A DNA stretch of 64,000 nucleotides from Candidatus Poribacteria bacterium (GTDB lineage: Bacteria > Poribacteria > WGA-4E > WGA-3G), in NCBI GenBank assembly GCA_022822085.1, contig JAJECK010000015.1, forward strand, positions 25,782 through 89,781. The letters run 5' to 3'. This document shows, piece by piece, positions 48,746 through 57,496 of this stretch (positions are counted from its first letter, which is position 1; each line of letters starts with the position of its first letter). Position numbers and translations under genes: made by a program. Below the pieces are notes generated by a model. It had not been told where the DNA came from. It ran no database searches and saw only the letters and a list, made by a program, of their open reading frames with translations.

Positions 48746-49885
48746 ATGAAAGAGAAACAATCTGGTGAGTCTATACAAGAATCTGAAGAACAAATAGACG
48801 CAGAGACAGACGGTGCAGATGAGAAACCGGATATATATGCATCAATACAACATAGATTTAATGATTTACGGAGTGAATATCTTGATGCCCGGTCAAAATC
48901 TATCAACAGATGGTTAGCATTTATATGCATTGTGCTACTATTTTTTACTATACTCATTCCGATTATAACAGGTATTGCTGCGTATTTTATCTATGATCGG
49001 TTTGGCGACCTCCAGGAACAGATGTTGATACATGTGAAAACGGCAGAAAAACATTCATCGGATTCTGCTAAAAATGCCGCTGAAGCTGCGAAATTCCTTA
49101 AGGAAATTAAGGGACATAATAGGACAGTCAAGGGAATAGTAACTAAATTAACGAGTAAGGATTTCACAAATCCGAATAAAGTAGAGATTTTACAATCTAC
49201 TATAGAAGATATATTAAGAAATCCAGCAATTTCTCTTGAAGACAAGGCAATCATTGAAGCGTATAGACTGCAGAGAGCAGGGAATATAGCAGAGGCTATC
49301 GAGAAATGGCGTTCTATCGCTAACACTGCTAAAGGTGTAAATAATGAATTGGTTGCCCGTGCGTTCTTTTCAATGGGTTATCTCCATTCGCAGCAAGACG
49401 AAAAGGATCAGGCTATTTCCGCTTTTGACAAAGCAATTGAGATGATGCCAACTTTTGCGGATGCTTATACCAGTCGTGGTGTTGTAAGGAGTTCACTCGG
49501 TAATCTTGAGGAGGCTATTGCTGACCACAGTGAAGCAATACGCTTGAATCCGAATTTGGTTGAGGCGTATATCAATCGTGGCACGGCTAAACGCTCTCTA
49601 AATCAGCATGAGGCAGCGATTTCAGATTTTGATGAAGCGATACGATTGGATGCAAATTCGGCTGTGGCTTGGACATTACGCGGTGTGTCTAAGGGTGCAC
49701 TTGGACGACACCAGGAGGCAGTTGCTGACCATAATGAGGCAATTCGACTCAAACCCAATTATGTTGATGCCTATATCAATCGTGGATCAGCGAAACGTGC
49801 GCTTGGTGACCATGAGGGTGGGAAGAAGGATATGGATAAGGCTTTGGATTTGGCTCAGGAGTTGAAGGTGAGTGGCGGAGAGTGA
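48746..49885 (+). CDS. TPR-repeat protein with an N-terminal transmembrane anchor
   Basis: The TM is WLAFICIVLLFFTILIPIITGIAAYFI. At least five canonical TPR units follow (AYTSRGVVRSSLGNLEEAIADHSEAIRLNPN; AYINRGTAKRSLNQHEAAISDFDEAIRLDAN; ...). Confidence 0.6.
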   Translation: MKEKQSGESIQESEEQIDAETDGADEKPDIYASIQHRFNDLRSEYLDARSKSINRWLAFICIVLLFFTILIPIITGIAAYFIYDRFGDLQEQMLIHVKTAEKHSSDSAKNAAEAAKFLKEIKGHNRTVKGIVTKLTSKDFTNPNKVEILQSTIEDILRNPAISLEDKAIIEAYRLQRAGNIAEAIEKWRSIANTAKGVNNELVARAFFSMGYLHSQQDEKDQAISAFDKAIEMMPTFADAYTSRGVVRSSLGNLEEAIADHSEAIRLNPNLVEAYINRGTAKRSLNQHEAAISDFDEAIRLDANSAVAWTLRGVSKGALGRHQEAVADHNEAIRLKPNYVDAYINRGSAKRALGDHEGGKKDMDKALDLAQELKVSGGE

Positions 49886-49899
49886 TAGGACCACATATT

Positions 49900-49976
49900 A
49901 AATTATAACGGCTTTGCGAAGCACAACACATAACCATCATGATCCTTCAACTCAAAAGCACGCAAATCATATAAAA
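49900..49976 (-). pseudogene. Duplicated 3'-terminal fragment of the VOC/glyoxalase gene
   Basis: About 75 nt closely match 52017-52090 (acggctttgcgaa.ca.a.cataaccatcatgatcctt.aactcaaaagc.cgca), which is the stop codon and last ~20 codons of 52020..52415. No upstream coding continuation exists. Confidence 0.35.
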
Positions 49977-50518
49977 CTACAGTTGATATTCTATTTTTCT
50001 TTGAATTCCATTACATATTGATGTATAATTCTTGAAGTACTTCACACTATAGTAAATTGGAGGTATAGATAACTGTACATAATCGTTCCTATCAGAATAA
50101 TCAAATTTACTTGTGATATCGTCTTCTGGGTAGTAGTTGGTTATTCTAACGATTCCCTTGTTAGACAAGTTAAGAATGCAGATTATTTCTGAACATAAAC
50201 TCACTGAATTTGCAGTTAGACATTCAACCCAGACCGGGCATTATACGTTGGATCAATTTGGTACGACAAAGAAATTTCAAGTCGGTAAATGAGTTACGTG
50301 AAATTTTTCCTCACGCCGATCTTGTGAAAAAGGAAAATCCTATCCAACAAAAGCAACGGGTTCCTTACAGTAAGTAATCAACTACATACACAATTTTCAA
50401 TATTGGTGGGAACAAAGCGCGACTTATTACAATTTTGCGGTATGATTCACGACAAGTCGTAATTCATAAAGTACTGACACATGCCGAGTACGATGTATGG
50501 AACAAAAAGAGGTGACAT

Positions 50519-51088
50519 GTGATATTAACTGAAATACCAAATCCACAAAATATATTATCAACATTTACACCTTTTGGATCATCTGCATTGCGTGCACACA
50601 TCATGTCAAATCAAGCGTTACTTGGCTCAACATTACCTTACACAAAAGGATTTGTTGATATTTCACCTTACCCTGAAACTACAACACAGTGGCTAATAAG
50701 TTTGCTGGAACTGTTCACAAGTATCGTAAATCGTAATGAAGATCTGAGTCAGGTTGTAGTGACGGAAACCGAGTACCAACAGCTTTTAGAATTCCTGGAT
50801 GATTTCATACATATTGTCGGTGAAGACGAAAACCACCCTTTAACCGCAACAATGACATTGATCGGTGGACTAATTAAAGCGTATGAGGATCAACATTTTC
50901 CAAAACTAAATACTCTCTTCCCCGAACTTACAGAAGGGCATCTGTTGAAACTAATGGCAACGATAGTGATGCGCCTGCTACGCTTTCAGGACAGATTAAC
51001 ACAGATTTCGTCATCGTATTATATTCCATCGGTTGTCTCCTTTGGAATGGTGGTCCGTCAGATCGAGCTATTTCTGCATCCGACTTAG
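50519..51088 (+). CDS. Hypothetical protein
   Basis: It is 189 aa with no motif recognised. It uses a GTG/ATG start. Confidence 0.3.
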   Translation: MILTEIPNPQNILSTFTPFGSSALRAHIMSNQALLGSTLPYTKGFVDISPYPETTTQWLISLLELFTSIVNRNEDLSQVVVTETEYQQLLEFLDDFIHIVGEDENHPLTATMTLIGGLIKAYEDQHFPKLNTLFPELTEGHLLKLMATIVMRLLRFQDRLTQISSSYYIPSVVSFGMVVRQIELFLHPT

Positions 51089-51192
51089 CAATTTCTATAA
51101 ACCCGGATTATGCCAGCATCCACACATGTCGTGGTGAAGTAAAGTCCGGACTTAATGATATTAAGGGGGCAAAGACAGATCACCAGTCCGCC

Positions 51193-51612
51193 TTGAAACT
51201 TGCAGAAAAACAGGGAGAAGATGATTTTAGTGATATTATAAAGGAACGACTAAAGGAGCTTGATATCGTAGAGGCTACTTTTGCTTATCTCTCTGACTCT
51301 AAATTCTCGGAATTTTCCATTATCAGAGAGTGTGGTATTCAGATAGGCACAATCCATAGCAGTGCTGACTTTGTGCTTTGCGATACAAAAGGAAACTATA
51401 TCACTATAGCAGAATGCAAATATACCACAAGTTTTGATAATGATGCGTATAGCCATGGACCACTGAAGAGTTACCTCTGTGCAACTGACACACTGTTTGG
51501 TATATTTGCCTCCAGCATAAATCCAGATTCATGGATTTTCTATGAAAATTTGCGACACAATCGGTTTCAACAAATTAAGCGTTCCGATTTTGAAAAGCAA
51601 GTCCTTGTGTAG
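51193..51612 (+). CDS. Hypothetical protein, possibly a PD-(D/E)xK-like nuclease fold, with a start-codon-less TPR-like extension upstream
   Basis: VLCDTKGNYITIAECKYT fits a D...E.K nuclease-like motif only weakly. The same frame is open back to 50887 and encodes a TPR-like segment (AISINPDYASIHTCRGEVKSGLNDIKGAKTDHQSALKL) with no ATG/GTG/TTG. It may be a truncated gene remnant. Confidence 0.3.
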   Translation: MKLAEKQGEDDFSDIIKERLKELDIVEATFAYLSDSKFSEFSIIRECGIQIGTIHSSADFVLCDTKGNYITIAECKYTTSFDNDAYSHGPLKSYLCATDTLFGIFASSINPDSWIFYENLRHNRFQQIKRSDFEKQVLV

Positions 51613-51699
51613 AATAGAGAATCAACAAGTGAGTAGGCATTATAAATTAGCAAGATGTTGCTATTTTCGTGAATTATAGTAAAAACTACAATTACCTGG

Positions 51700-51940
51700 A
51701 CAGTGGCGAGGTTAGGAAACCTCGCCAGCGTGAATGTGCAAGGACCTGGACAGTGGCGAGGTTAGGAAACCTCGCCAGCGTGAGTGTGCTGGCGAGGTTA
51801 GGAAGAAATCAACGGTATGAATCATGGAGCATGCCATACGCGCATGCTTCTTTAGGCATTCCCCGCCTCGCCAGCGAGCGTGTGCAATTACCTGGACAGT
51901 GGCGAGGTTAGGAAACCTCGCCAGCGTTATGGTGTGGGGA
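51700..51940. repeat. Cluster of palindromic hairpin repeats (TGGCGAGGTTAGGAAACCTCGCCA core). The 41-bp unit occurs three times with an embedded related element.
   Basis: The unit acctggacagtggcgaggttaggaaacctcgccagcgtgartgtgca is at 51703, 51744 and 51888. An inserted segment (ctggcgaggttaggaagaaatcaacgg...gcattccccgcctcgccagc) is also at 14290-14350. Each unit has a 10-bp perfect stem and a 4-nt loop. Confidence 0.7.
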
Positions 51941-52019
51941 TTGTTGTTCATTGAAATGTGAACATATTATCGGATTTTACTATAATACAATTAGAGAAAC
52001 TAAGATTTAAGTTCTCCTC

Positions 52020-52415
52020 TCACAACGGCTTTGCGAAACATAAGACATAACCATCATGATCCTTTAACTCAAAAGCGCGCAGACCGTCATCCGTATCTTC
52101 AAGCGGCTCGTGAAATTCTAATCCACGAGACTGAAATTCAGCATAGAGACCGTCGGGATTTGGTGTATAAATAAATGCATCCCATCGTGCCCACTCATGC
52201 CGCGTGTGGTTTGGTACTGGATGGATATATTCTGTTATCTCTTTCAGCAGAACCTTGACGTTATCACGAGCCACGATACCGAAATACGGATCGTCTTCTG
52301 GTACAAGTAAATCAGTTTTAAAACCGAGTTGATTGTTATAGAAGTCAATTGACTCGGCAAGATTGTCAACAATGAAAAAGGGATAGATTCTCTCAAGTCT
52401 CAAATTGTTTGCCAT
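52020..52415 (-). CDS. VOC-family (glyoxalase/bleomycin-resistance/dioxygenase fold) protein
   Basis: It has the betaalphabetabetabeta module signature (IYPFFIVDNLAESIDFYNNQLGF ...). It is 131 aa. Confidence 0.6.
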   Translation of the reverse strand: MANNLRLERIYPFFIVDNLAESIDFYNNQLGFKTDLLVPEDDPYFGIVARDNVKVLLKEITEYIHPVPNHTRHEWARWDAFIYTPNPDGLYAEFQSRGLEFHEPLEDTDDGLRAFELKDHDGYVLCFAKPL

Positions 52416-52559
52416 CGTCTATCCTCCCGTTTCTTTCCAATATCCTAACAGGTTTCTCTTTTGCATTCAACGTAAAAAGTTGGACATACTTTCGCGCCTT
52501 CAGCCTTGACAAGGTTATTTAGTTTTAAGTATTCCTGTTGATGTGTGTTACTTAGAGTT

Positions 52560-53015
52560 TATCTTGTCCGTTGAGTTCGTGAACCCCAACACATATCGAT
52601 AAATGTTGGGTTTCGTTCCTCAACCTAACCTACGATACTAATATAACGAAAGGGGCGTAGGTCGGGTAGAGCGTGAGCGAAACCTATAAGCGTCAATTTA
52701 GTGAGTAAAGTGCATCTGGAACACCTGTCGCCCCTCTGGGCTTTGGCCACACACAGGCATCATCTGCTATACACCTGTCGCCTCTCTGGGGCTATCTTCA
52801 ATCATATATCAGCACCAGCGGTGCGAAAGGTATATAGAATTCACAGGCCAAAAGAAACCAAGCACCAGCGGTGCGAAAGGGTGTCCGATAAAATTGGATT
52901 TCCAACTATAAAACAAGAGACAGGCTCTTAAATTGATGCCTATGGGTAGAGCGTGAGCGAAACCTGACATTCACGGCACGTGTCGGGTTTCGCTCACGCT
53001 CTACCCGACCTACGA
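52560..53015. repeat. MITE-like composite bounded by REP/MITE hairpin-repeat arms, with internal direct repeats
   Basis: There is a complete hairpin at 52560-52640 and arms cgtaggtcgggtagagcgtgagcgaaacct (52650) ... aggtttcgctcacgctctacccgacctacg (53015). The interior holds direct repeats cacctgtcgccyctctggg x2 and agcaccagcggtgcgaaagg x2. The tracker ORF 52701..52931 is probably non-coding. Confidence 0.55.
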
Positions 53016-53058
53016 TATAACTACCAGTAATAATCATAAACTGAATATTCTTAAAACT

Positions 53059-53115
53059 AAATAACCCTGCGTCCTTGAAGAAGCAGTTGAAAATTTCAGC
53101 GTTTTACGGTATACT
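53059..53115 (+). promoter_or_regulatory. Sigma70-like promoter with the upstream AAATAACCCTG element
   Basis: The sequence is aaataaccctg ... TTGAAA-17 nt-TATACT. This places the TSS near 53122, so the TPR gene likely starts at 53165. Confidence 0.45.
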
Positions 53116-53164
53116 CATTGTGATCGCCTCACAGGCTATAAAACAAAAAAGCGGGAGAGACAGA

Positions 53165-53893
53165 ATGGCACAACAAAGACGAAGGAAAAATCGAACAAAA
53201 ACCAAAGCGGTATACCTGAAACGCGGCGATATGTATAACAGGCAACGGGAGTTTACTAAAGCGAAAGCAGCTTTTTTGAAAGTGCTCGCGATAGATGCAG
53301 ATGACGCGGACGCGCATCACAATATCGGCATAACCTACATGGCACTTGAGGCACCTGAAACAGCGATGTCCCACTTCAAGAAGGCACTCGCTCTGAATCC
53401 TAAAATGTCTGAAGTGTATTACAAACTGGGGTACGTTTACGTAGAATTGAAAAGATTTGAAGATGCAATGGAGATGGGCACTGCCGCACTCGCAGCTGAT
53501 AGAGATGAAGAAAAGGAAAAGGCACACTACGTTCTCGGACGCGCCTACATCGGACTGGACGCTTACGAAAAGGCACTCTATCATTTTCAGCAGGCACGCG
53601 AGCTTGGACTGGATTCCATAGAGCTTGATTTCTATATCGGGAACACTTACGCTTTCTTGGGCGAATATGATCTGGCATTAGAGCATTTGCAGCAGTCACT
53701 TACCCAGAATCCAGAAATTCCCTTGGTACACAATAGCATTGCATTGGTTTATATGAGGCAGGGTAAGTTTGAAGAGGCAGAAGAATATATTACTGACGCG
53801 CTTTTGCTCGATCCTAGCTGTGAGGCCACTCACGAAGTTTTGGAACTGTTTGAAAAAGAGCAAAAGGCACAAAAACAGGAGGAAAATACTTGA
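53165..53893 (+). CDS. TPR-repeat protein
   Basis: The basic N-terminus (MAQQRRRKNRTK) is followed by at least six TPR units (AHHNIGITYMALEAPETAMSHFKKALALNPKMSEVYYKLGYVY...). The start was moved to the ATG at 53165, downstream of the predicted promoter. Confidence 0.55.
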   Translation: MAQQRRRKNRTKTKAVYLKRGDMYNRQREFTKAKAAFLKVLAIDADDADAHHNIGITYMALEAPETAMSHFKKALALNPKMSEVYYKLGYVYVELKRFEDAMEMGTAALAADRDEEKEKAHYVLGRAYIGLDAYEKALYHFQQARELGLDSIELDFYIGNTYAFLGEYDLALEHLQQSLTQNPEIPLVHNSIALVYMRQGKFEEAEEYITDALLLDPSCEATHEVLELFEKEQKAQKQEENT

Positions 53894-54861
53894 CAGCAAC
53901 ACTCAGATGGGGTGTCCTCGGATGCGGAAATGTCGCAGAACATAAAGGGGGTCCACCACTCTATTCCGTTGATGATTCAGAACTGATTGCAGTGATGCGA
54001 CGGGACCAAGCAAAAGCAGAAGACTTCGCTGAAAGACATGGAGCAAAACGCGCCTATACAGATGTAGATAAACTCCTGTCAGACGATGAAATAAATGCGA
54101 TATACATTGCAACCCCGCCAAATCTTCACTGTGAACAGACTATCCAGGCTGCACACGCAGGTAAGCATATCCTCTGTGAGAAACCGATGGCTATGTCGGT
54201 GAATGAGTGTCAACAGATGGTGGATGCATGCCGTGAAGCTGGTGTCACCTTAATGCTTGCCTACTACCGAAATCACTATCCGAATATAGAGAAGTTGAAA
54301 GCATTGATGACTGATGGAGCGATTGGTGATGTTGTGCTGGCACGTATCAACTGTACTGGTTACTATAACCCAAATCGTCAAGACTTGAAGAATTGGCGTA
54401 TCAATCCTGAGATAAGCGGTGGCGGTGTTTTAATGGATATCGGTAGTCATCGCATTAGTCTGTTGCAGTATCTAATGGGAGATGTAGCGTCTGTCAGAGG
54501 ATATGCAGAGACTGTACATTTAGATGCTGAAGTTGACGATTCTGCTGTGTTTTCCCTCCGTTTTGAAAGTGGTGCGCATGCCGTTGCGAATATCAATTGG
54601 AATGTGGGTGTTGGCGTTGACGATGTTGAGGTATATGGCACAAAGGGTTGTCTTAGGTGTTCACCTTTGAATTCCGGGAATCTGACACTTGAAACAAAAT
54701 CTGCTGGAGTAAATGAGTTTTCTCAAACACCTTTACCATATACGCATACTGGACTTGTCCAAAATTTTGTAAATCACATTAGAACAGGTGAACCGATCCG
54801 ATGTACGGGTGAATTGGGTTTGCAAACAAACGCTATAATTGCAAAGATAATGCAAGATTAA
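53890..54861 (+). CDS. Gfo/Idh/MocA-family oxidoreductase
   Basis: It has WGVLGCGNVAEHKGG (Rossmann) and ILCEKPMAMSVNECQ (EKP motif). It uses a TTG start overlapping the upstream stop. Confidence 0.7.
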   Translation: MTATLRWGVLGCGNVAEHKGGPPLYSVDDSELIAVMRRDQAKAEDFAERHGAKRAYTDVDKLLSDDEINAIYIATPPNLHCEQTIQAAHAGKHILCEKPMAMSVNECQQMVDACREAGVTLMLAYYRNHYPNIEKLKALMTDGAIGDVVLARINCTGYYNPNRQDLKNWRINPEISGGGVLMDIGSHRISLLQYLMGDVASVRGYAETVHLDAEVDDSAVFSLRFESGAHAVANINWNVGVGVDDVEVYGTKGCLRCSPLNSGNLTLETKSAGVNEFSQTPLPYTHTGLVQNFVNHIRTGEPIRCTGELGLQTNAIIAKIMQD

Positions 54862-54862
54862 G

Positions 54863-56017
54863 TTAACCGATCCGCTTGGATTCTTGTGTTAACCATTCAC
54901 CGTATCCGCGCGGCATATCAGCGGGAGGAGGTAATCCTGACTCCTCGCGCCACCGTAGCAACGGATGTGTACGATCAGCCTGTGGTAAATTTACCCGCTT
55001 GCCATAAGCAGCAGATTCAAAAATGCCCATCATCATCTCAATGACATGTCTTCCCTCATACCCACTGCACACGTGCGGTCTACCTTCATCCAAAGCATTG
55101 ACATAATCTTCAACAAACCAGTAATCCATTTCAGATGCACTGCTTTTGGAATCGTAATGTTCGGGGTAAATTAATTCTAACGATTCCCATTTGTCATTGT
55201 TGCCATCAGGTAGATAATGTGGTGTGGGTAAGAAATGTGCACCCCCCAGTTTCCAGAAGAGTCTTCCTTCTGTCCCGAAGAGTTCCATAGTATAGGCGTT
55301 TGTATCCATTTTATTAAAGCGGTGTTGTAATAATGTGCCGGTAACGTTACCTTCATATTGCATTGTGGCTGTGATATATTCACCTGCGATAGTTCCCATA
55401 CCACTTGGTGATGGGGCAACGTCTTCAGGGGTAATCGGTTTTCCACCCGTTGTAAGATGTGCAACAACACTCTTACAACGTTTCCCAAAATGAAGCATGT
55501 TGTTGAGCATGTGTGTACCGATATTCATCAAGCCGTATCCACCATAATAGCCTTTACCACTACCGTAAATATATCGTAAATTACCGATCTTCCCGGCATT
55601 GTAAGCGTGCGCAATCGCTTGCATTGACGCACCGACTCTTCCTTGATGGTGTACAGCAACCTGAACACCCTTTTCTTCTGCTTTTGCGATCACATCATCT
55701 GCTTGATCAAGATCAACACACATCGGCTTTTCAACTTCAATATTGACACCGTGCTCTAAAACACGCATACATAAATCGTAGTGTAACTCTGTTGCTGTTG
55801 GAATTGCTACGATGTCTGGTGAAGTTTGTTTTATCATCTCATCAAGATCAGAAAAACGAGCAGAGACCTTGAGTTCATCGCCCAATGTGTTGGACCGCTC
55901 TTCGAGTAGGTCGCAGAGTCCCACTATTTCTGTTCGTGGGTGTGCGTGATATGCCCGCGCTGCAGCAGAACCTCGGCCCCTACAACCTAATATTGCTACC
56001 CGATATGTTTTCATAGA
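54863..56017 (-). CDS. Gfo/Idh/MocA-family oxidoreductase
   Basis: It has MKTYRVAILGCRGRGSAAARAYH (Rossmann) and NIEVEKPMCVDLDQAD (EKP motif). The ATG at 56017 with an RBS (aaggaaatg) is preferred over the tracker start at 56053. Confidence 0.75.
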   Translation of the reverse strand, partial: SMKTYRVAILGCRGRGSAAARAYHAHPRTEIVGLCDLLEERSNTLGDELKVSARFSDLDEMIKQTSPDIVAIPTATELHYDLCMRVLEHGVNIEVEKPMCVDLDQADDVIAKAEEKGVQVAVHHQGRVGASMQAIAHAYNAGKIGNLRYIYGSGKGYYGGYGLMNIGTHMLNNMLHFGKRCKSVVAHLTTGGKPITPEDVAPSPSGMGTIAGEYITATMQYEGNVTGTLLQHRFNKMDTNAYTMELFGTEGRLFWKLGGAHFLPTPHYLPDGNNDKWESLELIYPEHYDSKSSASEMDYWFVEDYVNALDEGRPHVCSGYEGRHVIEMMMGIFESAAYGKRVNLPQADRTHPLLRWREESGLPPPADMPRGYGEWLTQESKRIG

Positions 56018-56695
56018 CATTTCCTTATAGTTCAGGACGGACGCATTCCGCATGATATAGTAAAACTTATACCATTTCTATTTAAGAAACTGTCATAAAG
56101 GCTTCCTTAAAGTCCCACTGATAAGGGGAATTTAGGAGGTTCTTCCAATTAGCGATGAGACTTTATTATTTAGAAATGGTATTACAATTAATGGTGCACT
56201 ACTGTAGCGCACACTGTTAGGTTGCGTCGTTTAATACAATACACAAACTAAATGAAGATTAAGAAATTAAATCGGTCCTTTTCATTATACATATTCGGTA
56301 CATTTCAAGTGCTCTTCAGTCGCGTCCAGACGATATGTTTATAGAATACCGCTTGACAACACAAACATAAACTCATAGCAGTTTGTGTACGCGTTGCTTC
56401 GCATAAAGGGCATATTTTTTATTTAATTCTTTCTTAATCGTCGCTGTTCCCCTTAAAACTAGTCAGAATAGTATATCAAAAATGAAACAATGTTGCAAAA
56501 AGAATTATCCAATTAATCACGAGTTGTGCAAAATAACTAATCGCAATATATATACTTACATAAACAGAATGCCTTGTCCATATTTCACTTTTGTTGGCAC
56601 CTTCTTTAGTCCCGTCCGGACGATATGTTTATAGCAGAATAATGCTAATAGTCATAAACAAATTAATACAAAACCCTTACACACCCATTTTTTAA

Positions 56696-56737
56696 TATTT
56701 TCTTGACATTTCTACAAAAATAGTGTATCCTTATATG
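56696..56737 (+). promoter_or_regulatory. Candidate leader promoter for the CRISPR array
   Basis: TTGACA-17 nt-TATCCT (cttgacatttctacaaaaatagtgtatcct) lies in the AT-rich region about 250 nt upstream of the first repeat. Confidence 0.35.
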
Positions 56738-56970
56738 CATAATCCCAAACGCGATTCGTCACTGCTCAAAAAAATCAGTCCAAATTGCTTATCAACCCAG
56801 ACAGTGACTTGATCAGCAGCGTGTTCATTCAAAAAATCGTGTTTGGTGTAGTGTTCATGCGGATTCTTCGGCAATTTTTCAAAATTTTTATCCGAAAAAA
56901 TCCCGAAATTCTGTCGCGTTTGGTTTTGGCAATTTTAGCCCGCACTGTGACTGGGTTCGCAGGGGGTGCT

Positions 56971-57428
56971 GTTCGGAAACACCTTCCCGTTTGAAGGGAA
57001 TTGAAACTTGACTACTCCGTCGTCTCCCGGTCCACCAACTGCTACTGTTCGGAAACACCTTCCCGTTTGAAGGGAATTGAAACAGGTCGAAAGTAATGAT
57101 CAGTTCGTCGTCATCGGTTAGGACGTTCGGAAACACCTTCCCGTTTGAAGGGAATTGAAACATAATGCCTTTTGAAGATTTTGTTGATGAAGATTTTGAG
57201 TTCGGAAACACTTTCCGTTTGAAGGGAATTGAAACAAAAAAAGGGTGGAAGATTGGAAGGATTCTGAAAGTCCTTACTGTTTGAAGGGAACCGAAGCAAA
57301 AAGGGTGGAAGGGTGGAAGATTAGAAGGAGTTCGGAAACCCCTTACTGTTTGAAGGGAATTGCAACTCTTCCAATCTTCCATCCTTCTTTCGTTCTGAAA
57401 GTCCATACTGTTTGAAGGGAACCGAAAC
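56971..57428 (+). CRISPR. CRISPR array: 37-bp repeat GTTCGGAAACACCTTCCCGTTTGAAGGGAATTGAAAC, four well-conserved plus three degenerate repeats
   Basis: Repeats are at 56971-57007, 57047-57083, 57125-57161 and 57199-57234 (the last has a 1-nt deletion), with unique spacers of 39, 41 and 37 bp. Degenerate repeats follow at ~57262-57297, 57330-57366 and ~57391-57428. The repeat ends in ATTGAAAC, the typical Cas6-type 8-nt 5' handle. It contains the internal palindrome cccgtttgaaggg. No cas genes lie within the window. Confidence 0.8.
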
Positions 57429-57496
57429 TCTTCCACCCTTCCACCCTTCTTCCACTGTCAGTTCAAAGTTTTTCCACAATAATAAGAGGCGGCTCT

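Noticed and set aside
51700-51940. Possible second CRISPR array (three ~41-bp direct repeats)
   Set aside because: The 'spacers' are only about 8-14 nt. The repeat core is a perfect palindrome typical of REP/BIME elements. The interrupting insert is a copy of a sequence at 14290-14350.
51669-51951. Tracker ORFs 51669..51911 (+) and 51712..51951 (-)
   Set aside because: They are embedded in the palindromic repeat cluster and mirror each other on both strands. There is no RBS.
53075-53164. Longer N-terminal extension of the TPR gene (tracker start 53075)
   Set aside because: The predicted promoter (-10 at 53110-53115) lies inside this extension. The ATG at 53165 has a better context.
56785-57436. 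Tracker ORFs 56785..56994 (+), 56888..57436 (-) and 57111..57299 (-)
   Set aside because: They lie entirely within the CRISPR leader and array. The repetitive peptide (FPSNGKVFPN...) is an artefact of translating repeats.
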